Shown: positions 60,500-64,000 of the stretch, one piece after another
How the letters are laid out: the number at the start of each line of letters is the position of its first letter
Position numbering within the stretch: position 1 is the stretch's first letter
Assembly (NCBI RefSeq): GCF_006345805.1
Contig: NC_043021.1
Location: forward strand, 19,158,001-19,222,000
DNA from: Octopus sinensis
Lineage: Eukaryota
Length of the DNA stretch: 64,000 bases
Direction of reading: 5' to 3'
Made by a program: the position numbers and the translations under genes
Notes under the pieces: generated by a model
Database searches by the model: none
The model's input: only the letters and a program-made list of their open reading frames with translations
Told to the model about the DNA's origin: nothing

Positions 60500-61025
60500 T
60501 GTGGACGGGACTTCGATGAGAAAATCGTCACTGGGGAAGAATATAATAGTGCTGGGCGTCTCCCTCGCCACGCTGCTTTCAATGAAATCATAAAGCATGG
60601 CCTAGACGCCGCAGACTTCCCTTCCTAGCTCGAACTCGCGGAATTAGACAGAGCGGACGTTAAAAAAGGCCAGGCGGCATGAGAATTTTCCCGTTCCGTG
60701 GTGGTAGGCCCATCATCCGGGATGTCACATGCTGTGACACCTCAAGCGGCAACCTGGTGTGTTCAGCAGCCGTCTCAGGATTAGCTCTGCTCGTCAGACC
60801 GAGAAGGGTAAACTGTTTAAAGTATCGGCCGCTTTCTGATAAGATTTGTGATCGAGCCTGTGACAGTGGAGACCTCCAGCGATCTCGGCCCTCGGACCAC
60901 ATCCCTGCTCGATGCTATCGAGGCAGAGATGGCTATCTACAAGAACGAGCCTCGTGAGTCAGAGTGACCGTTTCGGCACAACTCCCTCGCCATCGTCCGG
61001 GACAAAATCTTTTCCATTTTGTCCG
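60500..61025 (+). mobile_element. Decayed CRE-like non-LTR retrotransposon, restriction-like endonuclease region
   Basis: Across frameshifts and stops: SAGRLPRHAAFNEII...KRPGGMRIFPFRGGRPIIRDVTCCDT...IEPVTVETSSDLGP...EPRESE...SLAIVR. Confidence 0.7.
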
Positions 61026-62412
61026 TTCGTTCCACGAAGCGAACTGACAAAACCTCTTCGATACGACTCGTCACCTTATTGCATTATTTAACCAATCATG
61101 ATTTAATTAAAAACATCATTAACATTGCAAGTGGTGTAAATTATTAACCGAAACTTCTATATCTAACAACCAAAGCCAAAACACAGGCATGATTCGCCAG
61201 AAGAGAATAATATCGAATACGGAAGAAACCAACAAGTAAAGCCTTTACGTCCTCGCTCAATCTGCAAGAAATAGCAGTCAAACAGCTTTCGACTGATACC
61301 CGATCATCTTAGAGTAGGGTACATCTGATAATGTGGTTTTAGGAGAAAAGGTGGATGGAATAGTCGTAACTGGAACGTCTTTCATCATATGTCTGTCTCC
61401 TTGTTGAAAGCTAACCTGGGGCTAAATGACAAGTGATCATTGAACAAGCGAACGAGGAAGGCTTCTACATGGTTGTCGATTTGCTGGAAATAACAGATAA
61501 TCTTTCCTCAAATTAAACTCTACTGTATTTTTTTTTTAAATGTTTTTTTTTTAAATAACGACACATCCACATCGAATAATGTAGTACCAGATACACTGTA
61601 ACTGTAAACAAGACGGTATGGTCACAAGTGGAAAGTCTTTGATCACGTCAACTTCGTCACAAATTACCTGGGGTTAAACAACAACACTTTTACAATGAGA
61701 TAACTTTACGTGGTCGTTCGAACAGCTAGCAATAACAACCAAATCTTCCTCAGATCATACCTTACCATCTTAAAAATAAATAAATAAAAACCATAGACAC
61801 GCTGACTCATATCGACCTCGAAACATTTTTTAAAAACAAGAAGGGGTGGTCACATCTAGAAAGCATTTCTTTGATCGTAAAATATGCTCGATTAGTGGCT
61901 GAACAGTGTTAAACATTTCCATATTTTTACCAGTGTTTCCATAGTTCTTCTTCAAGAAATGCTTGTTCCGTGATCCGTTCTTTCATAGCTGGGTATTTCG
62001 TCACAGAACATGGAAAAATTCTATGAATGAATTAACTGAAAACACACAGACACAGACACACACCAAGTCTTTCGGAAATTAAAATCATCTCAAAAATGGA
62101 CATCGAGGAAGTTGAATGTGAAAAAGAAGAAAAAAAAAAAAAAGAATGACAATTAGAAACGTTGGTTTTGAAAGACTTGTAATAACAACAACGTACCTGG
62201 GTGGGTGGCAGAAACAAAGGTAGCAGTCTTGGCTTCTGCCGAGGTGCTTCCTTGGACAAGGAAGATAACTCTGAATTTACTTACTTCCCTCTTTATAATA
62301 AAAAGATGAAAAAAAAATAAACAAATGCTGTTTCCATGCGATCGAATCACGATGGCGGAGGGGGGAATAGAGAAGAAGTTCGTGTGGTGGAGGTGGGGTG
62401 AGAGGGTTAGTA

Positions 62413-63033
62413 CCTATTTCTTTACCACCCACAAGGGGCTAAACAGAGAGAGAGAGAGAGAGAGAGAGAGGACAAACAAGGACAGACAAATGGATTAAGT
62501 TGATTATATCGACCCCAGTGCATAACTGGTACTTAATTTATCGACCCCGAAAGGATGAAAGGCAAAGTCGACCTCGGCGGAATTTGAACTCAGAACGTAG
62601 CGACAGACGAAATACCTATTTCTTTACTACCCACAAGGGGCTAAACACAGAGGGGACGAACAAGGACAGACACACGGATTAAGTCTATTACATCGACCCC
62701 AGTGCAAAACTGGTACTTATTTAATCGACCCCGAAAGGATGAAAGGCAAAGTCGACCTCAGTGGAATTTGAACTCAGAACGTAGCGGCAGACGAAATACC
62801 TATTTCTTTATTACCCACAAGGGGCTAAACATAGATGGAACAAACAAGGACAGACATAGGTATTAAGTCGATTATATCGACCCCAGTGCGTAACTGGTAC
62901 TTATTTAATCGACCCCGAAAGGATGAAAAGCAAAGTCGACCTCGGTGGAATTTGAACTCAAAACGTAACGGCTGACGAAATACCGCAAAGCATTTCGCCC
63001 GGCGTGCTAACGCTTCTCCCAGCTCGCCGCCTT
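62413..63033 (-). mobile_element. SINE family B concatemer
   Basis: Units start at 62413, 62615, 62799. Confidence 0.85.
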
Positions 63034-63056
63034 GGTGAGGGTTAGTACCAAGTGTC

Positions 63057-63712
63057 GGTACTACTTAAGAAGAGTGGTCCCGGTGTGCGCACTCACGTGC
63101 TCGCGCATCTGCGCTAACTGGTCGTGACTAGTCGATCCTGCAACGACTACCTAGCAAAGTAAATAAAACACAAAAACACAAAGTAAATGATTTTTTTAAA
63201 CAAAGTAAATAGGCGCAGGAGTGGCTGTGTGGTAAGTAGCTTGCTAACCAACCACATGGTTCCGGGTTCAGTCCCACTGCGTGGCATCTTGGGCAAGTGT
63301 CTTCTGCTATAGCCCCGGGCCGACCAATGCCTTGTGAGTGGGTTTGGTAGACGGAAACTGAAAGAAGCCCGTCGTATATATGTATATATATATATGTGTG
63401 TCTGTGTTTGTCCCCCTAGCATTGCTTGACAACCGATGCTGGTGTGTTTACGTCCCTGTTACTTAGTGGTTCGGCAAAAAGAGATCGATAGAATAAGTAC
63501 TGGGCTTCCAAAGAATAAGTCCCGGGGTCGAGTTGCTCGACTAAAGGTGGTGCTCCAGCATGGCCGCAGTCAAATGACTGAAACAAGTAAAAGAGTAAAG
63601 AGTAAAGAGTAAAACAAAAACACAAAGTAAGGATCGACTAGTTACGACTAGCTAGCGCGGATGCACGAGTACGCGAGTGCGCGCACCGGGACCACTCTTC
63701 TTAAGTAGTACT
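63057..63712. mobile_element. Mutator-like MITE (TIRs of about 83 bp, 9-bp TSD) containing a SINE
   Basis: ccaagtgtc on both flanks (63048-63056, 63713-63721); TIRs 63057-63139 and 63630-63712. Confidence 0.75.
63212..63611 (+). mobile_element. tRNA-derived SINE family A, full-length reference copy (central TA/TG microsatellite, aagagta tail)
   Basis: A box tggctgtgtggtaag, B box ggttcagtcc. Further copies at about 4286-4680(+), 5800-6185(-), 13849-14272(+), 19130-19503(-), 25320-25745(-), 34362-34620(+), 35027-35370(+), 38580-38960(-), 41045-41430(-), 48470-48850(+), 55440-55840(+), 58215-58992(-, two), 59858-60250(-). Confidence 0.88.
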
Positions 63713-64000
63713 CCAAGTGTCTAATGATATTTTTCGGTTCAGTCCCCATAACATTCAGAGTTCAAATTCCGTTGGGTATAACTTCTTTGCGTAGAGGCAC
63801 ATGGCTTAGTGGTTAGGGTGTCAGCATCATGATCGTAAGATTGTCGTTTCGATTCCTGGACCGGGCGACGCGTTGTGTTCTTGAGCAAAACACTTCATTT
63901 CACGTTGCTCCAGTCCACTTAGCTGGCAAAAATGAGTAACGCTGCGATGGACTGGCGTCCCATCCAGCTGGGGAACACATACGCCACAGAAACCGGGAAA

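Overview
AT-rich, repeat-dense animal genomic DNA. The repeat families look like those of a coleoid cephalopod, probably Octopus; this is an inference from recalled repeat sequences, not a database match. Two genes are supported, both on the minus strand. The first is a pescadillo homolog (PES1), reconstructed by hand as 17 GT-AG exons in one open frame (38377 to 7920, 1782 nt, 593 aa). The second is a beta-1,3-galactosyltransferase 6 (B3GALT6) with an intronless CDS (58070 to 57048, 340 aa). The remainder is mostly three tRNA-derived SINE families, 3' fragments of RTE, R4/Dong-like and CRE-like non-LTR retrotransposons, several MITEs (hAT-, piggyBac-, mariner/Tc-, Mutator-like), and mini- and microsatellites. 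The most striking unexplained pattern is a set of non-coding foldback elements. They carry hammerhead-ribozyme-like cores (CUGANGA / stem II / GAAAC / NUH / stem I) at the hairpin tip or in the arms, belong to at least three unrelated sequence families, and often sit beside (TA)n tracts. One core lies in sense orientation inside PES1 intron 12. All ribozyme calls come from manual pairing and are untested.
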